DNA of 64,000 bases from Alphaproteobacteria bacterium (GCA_965220745.1 CBDCQT010000011.1:544001-608000); one strand, 5' to 3'. Counted from the stretch's first letter, positions 1-9,719 are shown. Program-made: numbers and translations. Notes: generated from the sequence alone by a model not told the origin.

Positions 1-224
1 CGAAGCCGATCCCTTCGCCCACGGTTTCCAGGTGACCTAGACCGGTTCGGCCAAAACATAAGGAAAAGTTATATCAATATAAGCAATCAATATTGGGCGG
101 TATACGCCCAGCCGGGCAGTGTCGGACTGTTTGGCTGGGTGCCGCGATGGAATGCAGCCCGGCCTTGGCAGATGGGGCATGTCGGCACAGCGTGGACGAC
201 GCGCGTTCGGGGAGACAAGAAAAC

Positions 225-983
225 ATGACAAGTTCCGCCATTGGCAAGCCTGATCGCGCTCTTCGCGCGCTCGTTCGTTCTCTCGCCCCGGCCTGTGCCG
301 TCCTGCTGGTCGCCACGCTCGGCCTGGGCTGCAGCGCGTACGGCGATGCGTCGGACGACGTGTCGCTCAACCCGCAGGCGAGCGATCCCGCCGATGGCGC
401 CTCGGCGACCTATACCGTCACGTACACGGGCGCCTGGACTGCGGCTGCCACGCCCGGGGGCGTTCCTGACGGTGCGCACTTCTCGCCGCTGATCGGCGGC
501 GTCCATAATGCCGCCGTGGCGTTCCTGGAGGCCGGTGGCGTCGCCACGCCGGGCATCGAATCCATGGCGGAGCGCGGACGCACCGCCACCCTGACGAAGG
601 AAATCGAAGCAGCCGGGGCTAATGCGCTCAGCGTGCTGCGCAAGGAGTCGGGCTCCGGCGCGACGGAGTCCTCGACATTCGAATCCGTCGTGCTCACCGC
701 CGACCATCCCCGCGTCACTCTGCTCTCGATGATCGCGCCGAGCCCGGATTGGTTCGTCGGCGTCTTCGGTCTTTCCCTGCTCGATGCCGAGGGCGGCTGG
801 GTCGAGGCGCTGACGGTGGACCTCCACCCCTGGGATGCCGGGACCGAGGAGGGTGAGGAATTCTCGTTCGACAACGCGGAAACCGTGCCGCAGGGCACCA
901 TCACCAGCCTCCAGGGCACAGGCAAGTTCTCGTCGGACGCGCCGATGGCGACGCTGACCTTCACTCTCCAGTCGGCCGAATAG
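225..983 (+). CDS. Spondin_N domain lipoprotein
   Basis: Motifs HFSPLIGGVH, MIAPSPDWFVG and WDAGTE are typical of Spondin_N. ATG at 225 follows GGAG. A hydrophobic stretch ends in lipobox-like LGLGC. Confidence 0.85.
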   Translation: MTSSAIGKPDRALRALVRSLAPACAVLLVATLGLGCSAYGDASDDVSLNPQASDPADGASATYTVTYTGAWTAAATPGGVPDGAHFSPLIGGVHNAAVAFLEAGGVATPGIESMAERGRTATLTKEIEAAGANALSVLRKESGSGATESSTFESVVLTADHPRVTLLSMIAPSPDWFVGVFGLSLLDAEGGWVEALTVDLHPWDAGTEEGEEFSFDNAETVPQGTITSLQGTGKFSSDAPMATLTFTLQSAE

Positions 984-984
984 G

Positions 985-1443
985 GTGAGCGGAACCCCCG
1001 CAGCGGCAGCCCAGCATAGCGGCGCGACCGCCGCCGAGAATGCGCGCAAGCACACCCTAAAGCGCCGCACGCCGCCGCTCGCTGCCTTGTTGTTCGCGAT
1101 GGTCCTCGTCGCGGCGACGCTCGCGCCAGGTCCACGCGCGGCTGCGGAGGAGTACAGCGATGCCATGCTCGAAGCCTTCGCTTCCGCCGCCATCGAGGTC
1201 AGCAGACGGATCGAGGCCTGGCGGCCACTCATCGAAAGCACGGCCGACGAGGACGAGCGCGCAGCCCTGATCGAAGACGCACAGGCGGACCTCGCGCGCG
1301 CCATCGAAGAGACGGAAGGCATCGACGAGGACGAGTACTACGCCATCTACGAAGCCGCGCGGGAGGACCAGGCGCTGCGCAATCGAATAAACGAGATCTT
1401 CTCCGCCCTCCTGCAGCGCCCGCAAGTCCCTCGCGCCGAGTGA
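985..1443 (+). CDS. DUF4168-like exported helical protein
   Basis: Signal peptide (PLAALLFAMVLVAATLAPGPRAAA) then an acidic helical domain YSDAMLEAFASA...GIDEDEYYAIYEAAREDQALRNRI. Start uncertain. Confidence 0.65.
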   Translation: MSGTPAAAAQHSGATAAENARKHTLKRRTPPLAALLFAMVLVAATLAPGPRAAAEEYSDAMLEAFASAAIEVSRRIEAWRPLIESTADEDERAALIEDAQADLARAIEETEGIDEDEYYAIYEAAREDQALRNRINEIFSALLQRPQVPRAE

Positions 1444-1468
1444 CCGCCTATCGAGGAACAAGAGGCCG

Positions 1469-2635
1469 ATGAAGATCAGGAGCATCACGGCATGCTGGGT
1501 GCATGTGCCGATCCCCAAGGCGCAGCAGCACAAGAGCGATCTCGGCGTCGCCGACTTCTTCGATGCCACGATCGTGCGGGTTGAGACCGAATGCGGCCTC
1601 GTGGGCTGGGGCGAGGCGAAGGCGTCGGTCGGCAGCATGGGCAACAACGCGGCGATGGCTGCGCTCATCAACCGCGACCTGGGCCCGGCGCTGATCGGCG
1701 AGGACCCGCGCAACCCGCGTCGGCTGTGGGAGATCGGCTACAACGGCAGCCGTGCCCACTTTGCGCTGACACGCGGCCAGGCCTTCCCTGCGCTGGACCG
1801 CCGCGGCAGCCGGATCAGCGCCATCGGCGCCATCGACATGGCCTGCTGGGACATCCTGGGCCGCTCCCTGGATGTGCCGGTTTGGCAGCTGCTCGGCGGC
1901 AAGTGCCGGGATGCCATGCCGGCCTACGCCTCCGGCGGCTGGGCGCCCGCCGAGGCCATCGGCGCACAACTGGAAGGCTACATCGCGCGCGGCGGATTTG
2001 GCGCGGTGAAGATGCGGGTCGGCGCGGGCGACGGCGACGTCATCACCTCGGTGCGTCGGGTTCGGGCCGCGCGCGCCCATCTGGGCTGCGATATCCAGAT
2101 CATGGTGGACTCCCACGGCACGTTTTCGGTCAAGGAGGCGCTTCGCTTCGTGCGGCTCGTCGAGGGCTGCGGCCTCGCCTGGTTCGAGGAGCCGGTGAAT
2201 GTCGATGACCGGGCCGGCATGGCGACCGTGCGGGCCGCGAGCGACATCCCCATCGCCGCCGGCGAGAGCGAGTTCACCCGCTTCGATTTCCGCGAGCTGT
2301 TGGAGCATAAGGCCGTGGACTACTTCCAGCCCGATCTCGCCATCGCGGGCGGCATCACCGAGGCCATGCGGATCGCCGCTCTGGCCGAGAGCCACGGCAT
2401 CAAGCTCGCGCCCCACCTCTGGGGCGGCGCGCTCAACTTCGCCGCCGGGCTCCAGGTCATGGCCGCCTCGCCTGCGGCGGTCATCGCCGAATACTCCCTC
2501 GGCGCCAATCCGCTGCTCCACGATCTCGCCGAGGAGAGCTTCGAGGTGGTCGACGGCATGATCGCCATCCCCGACCGTCCCGGCCTCGGCGTCACGATCG
2601 ACGAAGAGTTTCTCGCCGCCCACACCGTCGATTAG
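1469..2635 (+). CDS. Mandelate racemase/muconate lactonizing enzyme (enolase superfamily)
   Basis: GWGE, AIDMACWDILGR and KMR motifs; metal ligands in MVDSH, WFEEP and AAGESE; QPD; APH. Confidence 0.9.
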   Translation: MKIRSITACWVHVPIPKAQQHKSDLGVADFFDATIVRVETECGLVGWGEAKASVGSMGNNAAMAALINRDLGPALIGEDPRNPRRLWEIGYNGSRAHFALTRGQAFPALDRRGSRISAIGAIDMACWDILGRSLDVPVWQLLGGKCRDAMPAYASGGWAPAEAIGAQLEGYIARGGFGAVKMRVGAGDGDVITSVRRVRAARAHLGCDIQIMVDSHGTFSVKEALRFVRLVEGCGLAWFEEPVNVDDRAGMATVRAASDIPIAAGESEFTRFDFRELLEHKAVDYFQPDLAIAGGITEAMRIAALAESHGIKLAPHLWGGALNFAAGLQVMAASPAAVIAEYSLGANPLLHDLAEESFEVVDGMIAIPDRPGLGVTIDEEFLAAHTVD

Positions 2636-2740
2636 CCTGCGCGACATCGTCGTCTTCTGGGATTCGGCGGCCGGGCGGCTATGATGCGCGGCCGGCCGCG
2701 CCGGGCGCGGTCCCACCCGCCATTCAGGAGAGACGCCGCC

Positions 2741-3130
2741 ATGCCCAACGAGATGTACGAGAAAGGCCTGCAAATCCGGCGCGAGGTGCTGGGCTCGGAG
2801 TACGTGGACCGCGCCATCGGCAGCGCCGACGACTTCAACAAGGAATTCCAGGAGATCCTGACCGAGTACTGCTGGGGCGCGGTGTGGGGCCGGCCGGGGC
2901 TGAGCCGCAAGCAGCGCAGCCTCAACAACATCTGCATGCTCTCTGCGCTGGGCCGCAGTCACGAGCTCGAACTGCATCTCAAGGGCGCGCTCACCAACGG
3001 CGTGACCGTCGACGAGATCAAGGAGACGCTGATCCAGGTCGCCGTCTACTGTGGCGCGCCGGCGGCGGTCGAGGGCTTCCGCATCGCGCGCCGTGTCGTG
3101 GACGAGCACCGCAAGGCGGAGGCGGGCTGA
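2741..3130 (+). CDS. Carboxymuconolactone decarboxylase family protein
   Basis: YEKGLQIRREVLG, WGAVWGRPGL, ELELHLKGA and VYCGAPA motifs. AGGAG RBS precedes ATG 2741. Confidence 0.9.
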   Translation: MPNEMYEKGLQIRREVLGSEYVDRAIGSADDFNKEFQEILTEYCWGAVWGRPGLSRKQRSLNNICMLSALGRSHELELHLKGALTNGVTVDEIKETLIQVAVYCGAPAAVEGFRIARRVVDEHRKAEAG

Positions 3131-3990
3131 TGCCGACCTTGGGTTTCATCGGCCTCGGCAGCATGGGCGGCCCCATGGCGCACAATCTCGCCGCCGCCGG
3201 TCACGAGGTGGTGTGCTTCGATGCTGCGGGCACGGAAGCGCTGGCACCGCCGGACGCTCCCACGGCCGGGTCCGCGGCGGAGGTCGCGCAGAGGGCCCGC
3301 ATCGTCTTCCTCTGCCTGCCCGACGGGCCCGTGGTCCTGCACGTGGCACGCGAGATGGCCGACTGTCCCGACCGCGCGGTCGAGATCGTGGTGGACAGCA
3401 CCACCGCCGGTATGCCGGACGCCCGCGCAGCCCACGACGTGCTGGCCGAGGCCGGCATCCGCTACGCCGATGCGCCGGTGAGCGGCGGCACCAAGGGCTC
3501 GAAGGCCGGCACGCTCGCCATGATGGTGGCCGCGCCCGACGATCTCTACGCCGAGATCGAGCCCTACATCCGCCCGATGGCGGCGAACGCCCGCCATGTC
3601 GGCACCGAGCCGGGCCAGGGCATGGCGATGAAGCTGCTCAACAACTTCCTGTCGGCGACGGCGATGGCGGCGACCAGCGAGGCGGTGGCCTTCGGCGTCT
3701 CCCAGGGCCTCGACATGATGACGATTCTGGAGACGGTCAACGTCTCCACCGGACGCAACACAGCGACCGAGGACAAGTTCCCCAACCGCATCGCCACCGG
3801 CGCGTTCGATGCCGGCTTCGCCACCAAGCTCATGGCCAAGGATCTCCGGCTCTACGAGGCGAGCGTCACGGCCACCGGCTCGCCGCGCCGCCTTGCCGGG
3901 CAGCTCCGCGAAATCTGGGACGGTCTGGAGGCCGCCCGCCCGGATTCCGACTTCACAGAGATCTACCGGCACGTGCGGGACGGCCAGTAA
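3130..3990 (+). CDS. NAD(P)-dependent beta-hydroxyacid dehydrogenase (3-hydroxyisobutyrate/tartronate semialdehyde family)
   Basis: GFIGLGSMGGPMA, DAPVSGG and KLLNN motifs. ATG overlaps the upstream TGA (TGATG). Confidence 0.9.
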   Translation: MPTLGFIGLGSMGGPMAHNLAAAGHEVVCFDAAGTEALAPPDAPTAGSAAEVAQRARIVFLCLPDGPVVLHVAREMADCPDRAVEIVVDSTTAGMPDARAAHDVLAEAGIRYADAPVSGGTKGSKAGTLAMMVAAPDDLYAEIEPYIRPMAANARHVGTEPGQGMAMKLLNNFLSATAMAATSEAVAFGVSQGLDMMTILETVNVSTGRNTATEDKFPNRIATGAFDAGFATKLMAKDLRLYEASVTATGSPRRLAGQLREIWDGLEAARPDSDFTEIYRHVRDGQ

Positions 3991-4011
3991 CGATATCGTC
4001 CGGCCGAACAA

Positions 4012-4126
4012 CCCCCACCTCACCCTGACCCTCTCCGCCCCTAGGGGCGGAGAGGGAACGCAGGCGGCGCCGCCTTCTCTCCCTCTCCTCCCCGCCGGGG
4101 AGGAGAGGGCTGGGGAGAGGAGGGGG
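4012..4126. repeat. REP-like doublet (two palindromes inside imperfect terminal inverted repeats)
   Basis: Perfect 28-bp palindrome CCCTCTCCGCCCCT/AGGGGCGGAGAGGG at 4029-4056, and CCCTCTCCTCCCCG-C-CGGGGAGGAGAGGG at 4081-4109. Outer ends CCCCCACCTCACCC and GGGGAGAGGAGGGGG. Confidence 0.85.
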
Positions 4127-4197
4127 ACTGCTTCCGTCCTTCATGTTGGTGGACGGACGACTTGCCGCACTCCGCCGGGGTGATTAGCCTCAAGCCC

Positions 4198-4491
4198 ATG
4201 GAAGACGGGGCGCCGACCCACTACGTGGTCGTCGAGGGGCTGGCGGGCGAGGACTCGACCTGGCGCGTCGTCCGGGCCGAGGAGCACGCGCGCGGGCGCA
4301 GGCTCTACGCCTTCGTCGGGACGTGTCAGACCCGCCGTGCGGCGCTTTCGCTCGCGCGTGCGCTCAACGAGAAGCGTGCCGTCGACGAGGAAACGCTACG
4401 GGCTGCGGCCCTGCGAGGGCAGGCCCTTGCCCCCGGCCGCGCCGACATCGCGCCCGCGCCCGACCCCTACAGGCTGAGGCCTTCCTGCTGA
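4198..4491 (+). CDS. Hypothetical protein
   Basis: 97-aa ORF filling an intergenic gap, with GC-rich third codon positions. No motif recognised. Confidence 0.45.
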   Translation: MEDGAPTHYVVVEGLAGEDSTWRVVRAEEHARGRRLYAFVGTCQTRRAALSLARALNEKRAVDEETLRAAALRGQALAPGRADIAPAPDPYRLRPSC

Positions 4492-4620
4492 GACTCTTTG
4501 TGGCTCACGGCAGCCGGCCTACGGCCGGCGCCTCCGCGAGGGCGCCGCAGGAGCGGCGGGCCGCGGTCGCGGCCTGTCGCGAGTCCGTCAGAGACGAACT
4601 CGCTCAAAGGTCATCTACTC

Positions 4621-5256
4621 TTAAACGTTTCGCTTCCTGATCTCGTCGAGGTAGTCGAGCACGCGCTCGGACGAGACGATGTCGGCGTAGCGGCGGCCGA
4701 CATCGCGCAGGTTGTCCCGGTGCGGCCGCTCGTCGGCGTCGCCGACGCAGTCCTCCGGCACCATGGTGCGGTAGCCGTAGGAGAAGGAATCGATCACGGA
4801 CGCCCGAATGCAGCCGCTGGTCATGCAGCCCATGACGATGGTCGTGTCCACGCTGTGCTTGGTGAGGAAGGCGGTCACCGGGGTCTGGAAGAAGATCGAG
4901 GGGCCCGACTTGCGCAGGATGTAGTCGTAATCCGGGTCGGAGGTGCGGGGCTCCATCTCGGCGCAGGGATCGCCCTCGAAGAAGCTCTCGCGCACCGGCG
5001 CGATCTTCCAGTAGGGCATGTCGCCCTCGGAGTGATAGGCGGTGTAGCAGTTGGCGACCGGCACCCGCGCCGCGCGCGCGGCATCGAGCACTCGTGCGGT
5101 GTTCTCCACGGCACGATGCACCAGTGGGCAGTTGCCGAGGGGAAACTCCGGTTGGGTGAAGCCGGTCTGGAAATCGACCACGAGGATGCCCGGCCGCTCG
5201 CCGAAGCCGATCTCCATCGCGCCGTAGCCGATGTCCTGATAGGTGTCGTCGCTCAT
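4621..5256 (-). CDS. Isochorismatase-family cysteine amidohydrolase (N-carbamoylsarcosine amidase/NicF-like)
   Basis: GFGERPGILVVDFQ, RKSGPSIFF and TSGCIRAS supply the Asp-Lys-Cys triad. AGGGG RBS. Confidence 0.9.
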   Translation of the reverse strand: MSDDTYQDIGYGAMEIGFGERPGILVVDFQTGFTQPEFPLGNCPLVHRAVENTARVLDAARAARVPVANCYTAYHSEGDMPYWKIAPVRESFFEGDPCAEMEPRTSDPDYDYILRKSGPSIFFQTPVTAFLTKHSVDTTIVMGCMTSGCIRASVIDSFSYGYRTMVPEDCVGDADERPHRDNLRDVGRRYADIVSSERVLDYLDEIRKRNV

Positions 5257-5290
5257 CGCGTTCCCCCTTGTCGCCGCCTTCTGCGGCGGC

Positions 5291-6094
5291 TCAAGCGACC
5301 GATCCGGCGGCGCCGATGCCGTAGGGTGCGGCCCAGCCCAGGCCCTCCAGCGTGCCGTCCTTGGGCCGGTATTCGCAGCCGATCCAGCCGTCGTATCCCG
5401 CCGCATCCAGCGTGTCGAAGAGGTAGGGATAGTTGATCTCGCCGACGTCGGGCTCGTGGCGGCCGGGGACGCCGGATACCTGGATGTGGGCGATGATCGC
5501 GCGATGCTGGGCGAAGCCGGCCGCTAGGCTGCCTTCCATGATTTGGCGGTGATAGAAGTCGTACTGGAGGAAGAGGTTCTTGCTCCCCACCGTCTCGATC
5601 ACCCGCTGGGCGTGGCCGGCGGTCGACAGCAGATAGCCCGGATTGTCGACCGTGTTCAGCGGCTCGATCAGGGTGCGGATGCCCTCGCGGCCGAACGCGT
5701 CCGCCGCATAGGCGAGGTTCTCGATATACGTGTCCTCGTAAGCGCGCGCGTCGGCGCCATTGGGCACGATAGCGGCCAGCACATGAACCTGGCGGCAGCC
5801 CAGTGCATCGGCGTAGCGGAGCGCGTTGTCCACCGAGCGGTGGAAGTCGTCCTGCCTGCCCGGCAATCCGGTGATGCCCCGCTCTCCAGCCTCCCAATTC
5901 CCCGGCGAGAGATTGAAGAGCGCCTGGCTCAGCCCGTTGTCGCCGAGTCGGGCCGCGATCTCCGCTGGCGGCGCCAAATCGTAGGGAAACAGGAATTCGA
6001 CCGCCTTGAAGCCCGCGCGCCGCGCCGCCTCGAAGCGGTCGAGAAAGTCGTGTTCCTGGAAGAGGAAGCTGAGATTGGCGGCGAACTTCGGCAT
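5291..6094 (-). CDS. hyi: Hydroxypyruvate isomerase / 2-oxo-tetronate isomerase family
   Basis: MPKFAANLSFLF, VEFLFPY, IEPLN, QYDFYHRQ, PGRHEPD and GCEYRP motifs. Could equally be OtnI. Confidence 0.9.
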   Translation of the reverse strand: MPKFAANLSFLFQEHDFLDRFEAARRAGFKAVEFLFPYDLAPPAEIAARLGDNGLSQALFNLSPGNWEAGERGITGLPGRQDDFHRSVDNALRYADALGCRQVHVLAAIVPNGADARAYEDTYIENLAYAADAFGREGIRTLIEPLNTVDNPGYLLSTAGHAQRVIETVGSKNLFLQYDFYHRQIMEGSLAAGFAQHRAIIAHIQVSGVPGRHEPDVGEINYPYLFDTLDAAGYDGWIGCEYRPKDGTLEGLGWAAPYGIGAAGSVA

Positions 6095-6133
6095 GGTCCC
6101 TCCGGCGCCCGGCGGCCCCGGCGAGGCTGAGCG

Positions 6134-6343
6134 TTAGAAGCAACCGAGCGCGGCGCCCGCCCGCTCGATCCACATGACGAGATATGAGTCGGTGACGCTT
6201 TGGTAGGCATCGGTGGCGAGCGCGTAGCAGGTGTCCGCGTGCGCTGCGACGAGGCCTGCGCCGAGCAACGCCGCCGCTCCGATCAGGAGCCTGCGGCGGC
6301 CTGCGCCCCCACGCCTGCGCCGATCTGCCGTCGCCAAAGCCAT
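6134..6343 (-). CDS. Small hypothetical membrane/exported protein
   Basis: 69 aa with a basic N-terminus and one hydrophobic segment; co-oriented with hyi. Confidence 0.5.
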   Translation of the reverse strand: MALATADRRRRGGAGRRRLLIGAAALLGAGLVAAHADTCYALATDAYQSVTDSYLVMWIERAGAALGCF

Positions 6344-6483
6344 CGCGAAGACATTATGCGCCCACGCGGTCGCATTGCATATCCCTCACGCGCCGGGCAG
6401 GCGGCAGCCGTGGTGAGAACTCCGGGTTGATGGGATGATGCGGCGGATGAGTGTCGAACCAGCGCCATGGAGGGGAGCGACAC

Positions 6484-6984
6484 ATGGGCACACGCGAGTG
6501 GTTGATGAGCGAGCGCAATCTGGCCGACGAGCCGGTCGATAATCTCGGGGACATGAGCGAGAGCGAGCGGGCCAATCTCGCGCTCCTCGTCAGGCAATGC
6601 CGGGGCTGGTCGAGCCAGAACATCGACGAGGTGGTGGCGGTCATGGCCGAAGACGGGGTCTATCACGACATCACACTGCCGCCTGCGGTGGGCCATGACG
6701 CGATCCGCGCGTTTGGCGCCGGCTGGCTCGACGCGGTGCCCGACCTTTCGCTCTACATCGAGGCGTTCTGCGTCCAGGGCAATGTCGTCTGCGACATGGG
6801 CTGGATGAGCGGCACCATCACGAAGGACTACTTCGGCCTTGCCGGCACGGGCCAGCGCTTCGACTGCCAGTTCTCCCAGATCTGCTTCGTCGAGGACGGC
6901 AGGATCAAGTACCTGCGCGGCCTCTGGAACGCGCCCGACATGTACAACCAGGTGGGATGGGACCTGGCAGGCCTGAAACGCTAG
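6484..6984 (+). CDS. SnoaL-like / ester cyclase (NTF2 fold) protein
   Basis: MAEDGVYHD, GHDAIRAF, GTGQRF and EDGRI motifs. GGAGGGG RBS. Confidence 0.8.
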   Translation: MGTREWLMSERNLADEPVDNLGDMSESERANLALLVRQCRGWSSQNIDEVVAVMAEDGVYHDITLPPAVGHDAIRAFGAGWLDAVPDLSLYIEAFCVQGNVVCDMGWMSGTITKDYFGLAGTGQRFDCQFSQICFVEDGRIKYLRGLWNAPDMYNQVGWDLAGLKR

Positions 6985-7961
6985 GCGGTTTCTCCGGTCT
7001 GAGCTGCGTCATCCGAGCGGAACGCGGGGTCCCAGCGGGAGAAATACCAGGAGCCGTCGATCGCGGGGTCGAGCGGGTCGCCGTCGCCGCGATTGACCCA
7101 GGCGTCGTACTTCTCCCGCTCCTCCTGCGCCCACGCCATCATGTCGGGGCGGAAGGCAGGGTCGTCGCCCTTGCGCATCCGGGGGCCGCGGATCAGCACG
7201 CCCTCCAGTCCCGTCGGGTCGCTCGGGCGCTGCCAGCGCACGTCGATCGCCCAGCGCACTTGGTTCGAGCGGTTCCAGAGCCCGCGGTGCGGCATGTTCT
7301 CGTGGATGAACAGCACCGAGCCCTTGCGCATGGCGCAGGTCACCAGATCGCCGGGTGGCAGGTCGTTTTCGTCGATGTAGAGATACCAGGAACGCGGATC
7401 GCCGATCACCTTCTCGACCTTGTGGCGGGCGTTGCCGCCGGGCCTGTGGCCGCCGCGCACCACCTGCAGGCAGCCGTTCTCCTCGCCCACGTCAAGCAGC
7501 GGGATCCAGCAGGCGGGCTGCACCGTGCCCTGCCCGTTCGCCGCGAGATAGCCCGAATCCTGGTGCCACGGCACCGTCATGAGCACGTTTTCCGGCACCT
7601 TGGGGCGCACGTTCCAGATCGCGCCGCCCTCGATGTCGGGGCCGATGATCGCGGCCACGATGTCGAGCAGGCGGTCCGACGACCAGAGTGCCGCGAGCGC
7701 CGGCCCCATGGGCGTGGAGATCTGCATGAGACCGGGCGCTTCGTCGTACTCGGCCGCGACCTTGGCCATGCGGGTGAAGAAGCTCTCATCCGCGTAGGCG
7801 CTGGTGATCCGACCCGCCGCGAACAGGCGCCCGGCGAGGGAATCGACGGCCCCGGCGATCTCGTCGATCACCGGCTGAAGGTCGTCGTCCGACAACAACC
7901 CCTCGACCATGAGGAACCCGTCGCTCTGGTATTGCGCCAACTGCTCGGCACTGATCGTCAC
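6981..7961 (-). CDS. Phytanoyl-CoA dioxygenase (PhyH) family Fe(II)/2-oxoglutarate dioxygenase
   Basis: QYQSDGFLMV, PWHQD, WIPLLD, ENGCL and HRGLWNRSNQVR motifs. Confidence 0.9.
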   Translation of the reverse strand: MTISAEQLAQYQSDGFLMVEGLLSDDDLQPVIDEIAGAVDSLAGRLFAAGRITSAYADESFFTRMAKVAAEYDEAPGLMQISTPMGPALAALWSSDRLLDIVAAIIGPDIEGGAIWNVRPKVPENVLMTVPWHQDSGYLAANGQGTVQPACWIPLLDVGEENGCLQVVRGGHRPGGNARHKVEKVIGDPRSWYLYIDENDLPPGDLVTCAMRKGSVLFIHENMPHRGLWNRSNQVRWAIDVRWQRPSDPTGLEGVLIRGPRMRKGDDPAFRPDMMAWAQEEREKYDAWVNRGDGDPLDPAIDGSWYFSRWDPAFRSDDAAQTGETA

Positions 7962-7995
7962 TGCATTCCCTCCCGCTCGGCAACGGGCGCCAGCG

Positions 7996-8763
7996 TCAGC
8001 GGACGCCCATCATGAGCTTGATGATCTCGTCCTGATCGGTCTCTCCGGTCTGGCGGATGCCCGCGAGCTGCCCCCGGTGCAGCACCATGATGCGGTCAGC
8101 CGTCGAGAAAATCTCCTGCAGATTATGACTCACGAATACCACGGCAACGCCGGTCTCGCGCAGGCGGCCGATCAGCTCCAGCACCTTGCCGATCTCGACC
8201 ACCGCGAGTGCGGCGGTCGGCTCGTCCATGAAGATGAGGCGCGCGTCCCAATAGAGCGCGCGGCTGATGGCGACCGCCTTCTTCTGACCGCCCGAGAGAT
8301 AGCCCACCTGCGCGGTCGGCGACAGCGAGCCGAGGCCGAGGCTCTCCAGCAGTTCCGCCGCCTCGGCGATCATGCGCCGCCGGTCGATGGTCTTGACCCG
8401 CGTGCGCAGCAGCCGGCCGAGGAAGACGTTCTCCCAGACCTCAAGCTCGTCCACCAGCGCCATGTCCTGGTAGATGACCTCGATGCCGCGCTCGCGCGAA
8501 TCCCGCGGGGTCGCGAAGGCCACCTCCTGGTCGGCGAAGACGATCTCGCCTGCGTTGGGGCGGTGGACTCCCGAGACCAGCTTGATCAGTGTCGACTTGC
8601 CCGCGCCGTTGTCGCCGACGAGGCCCAGCACCTCGTTGCCGTGCGCTTCGAAGCTCACGCCGTCCAGCGCCACGACATGGTCGAAGCGCTTGGAGAGCCC
8701 ACGCACCTTCAGGAGGGCTCCGTCAGCGCCGGTGGCAGGCGTCATGGTGTGCTGGTCCGCCAT
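7996..8763 (-). CDS. Sugar ABC transporter ATP-binding protein (single NBD)
   Basis: Walker A GDNGAGKST, LSGGQ and MDEPTAAL. Confidence 0.92.
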   Translation of the reverse strand: MADQHTMTPATGADGALLKVRGLSKRFDHVVALDGVSFEAHGNEVLGLVGDNGAGKSTLIKLVSGVHRPNAGEIVFADQEVAFATPRDSRERGIEVIYQDMALVDELEVWENVFLGRLLRTRVKTIDRRRMIAEAAELLESLGLGSLSPTAQVGYLSGGQKKAVAISRALYWDARLIFMDEPTAALAVVEIGKVLELIGRLRETGVAVVFVSHNLQEIFSTADRIMVLHRGQLAGIRQTGETDQDEIIKLMMGVR

Positions 8764-9719
8764 CGTTCCTCGAAGATCTCGGTGACGCGCCACAGCACGA
8801 CGGCGGCGAGGATCAGCACCCCGCGCACGGCATCGACCCAGAAGCTGGAGATCGGCATGACGCTGAGCCCCGTCGTGATCACACCCAAGAGCAGCACCCC
8901 GCCGAGCGGCCCCATCATGGTGCCCTTGCCGCCGGCGAGGCTCACCCCGCCGATCACCGCGGCGGCGAAGACCTCGAACACCATGCCCTGCCCGAGGTTG
9001 ATGGTCACCGCCTGCAGCCGGCCGGCCAGCACCCAGGCCGCCAGCGCGCCCAGCATACCGGAAAGGATGAAGGCGGTGAGCGTGCGCCGGTCGACCCGGA
9101 TGCCGGCGGCGAATGCGGCTTCGCGGTTGCCGCCGATCGCGTAGAGATCGCGGCCGAAGCCGGTGTAGCTGAGGACGAACTGGCTGACGACGAACAGGCT
9201 GAGGAACAGGATCACCGACACCGGCAGAAGACCGCCGATGCTGTAGCCGCCGAGTGCGGCGAACGAAGGCGGCAGGTCGTACATCGTGTTGGCGTTGGTG
9301 AAGACGTAGGTGAAGCCCCGGAGCGCCAGCAGCATGGCGAGCGTCACGATGAAGGCGTTCACGCGGAGCTTGATGATGAAGAAGCTGTTGAGGCAGCCGA
9401 CCCCCGCCCCCATCCCCAGCATGAGGACGATGACGAGCGCCGGCGGCAGCTGCCAGCCCGAGCCGAAGAACGCATTGGTCGACACCATCCAGGCGCCCAC
9501 CAGCGCGGTGAAACCAAGCGTCGATTCCGAGGACAGATCGAAGCGACCGGCGAGCAGGCAGAAAATCATGCCGATCACCAAGATGCCCAGGATCGACGAG
9601 TGCTCCAGCACGTTGATGAAGATTCGCACCGAAAGCAGGCGCGGCTCGACGGCGACGAACGCGATGGTCGTGAACAGGAGCACGATCCAGACCGCGTTCC
9701 TGAGGAGGAACCTGGTCAA
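8742..9719 (-). CDS. Sugar ABC transporter permease (RbsC/BPD_transp_2 type)
   Basis: Multiple transmembrane segments; GRDLYAIGGN and AAAVIGGVSLAGGKG motifs. Confidence 0.92.
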   Translation of the reverse strand: MTRFLLRNAVWIVLLFTTIAFVAVEPRLLSVRIFINVLEHSSILGILVIGMIFCLLAGRFDLSSESTLGFTALVGAWMVSTNAFFGSGWQLPPALVIVLMLGMGAGVGCLNSFFIIKLRVNAFIVTLAMLLALRGFTYVFTNANTMYDLPPSFAALGGYSIGGLLPVSVILFLSLFVVSQFVLSYTGFGRDLYAIGGNREAAFAAGIRVDRRTLTAFILSGMLGALAAWVLAGRLQAVTINLGQGMVFEVFAAAVIGGVSLAGGKGTMMGPLGGVLLLGVITTGLSVMPISSFWVDAVRGVLILAAVVLWRVTEIFEERWRTSTP

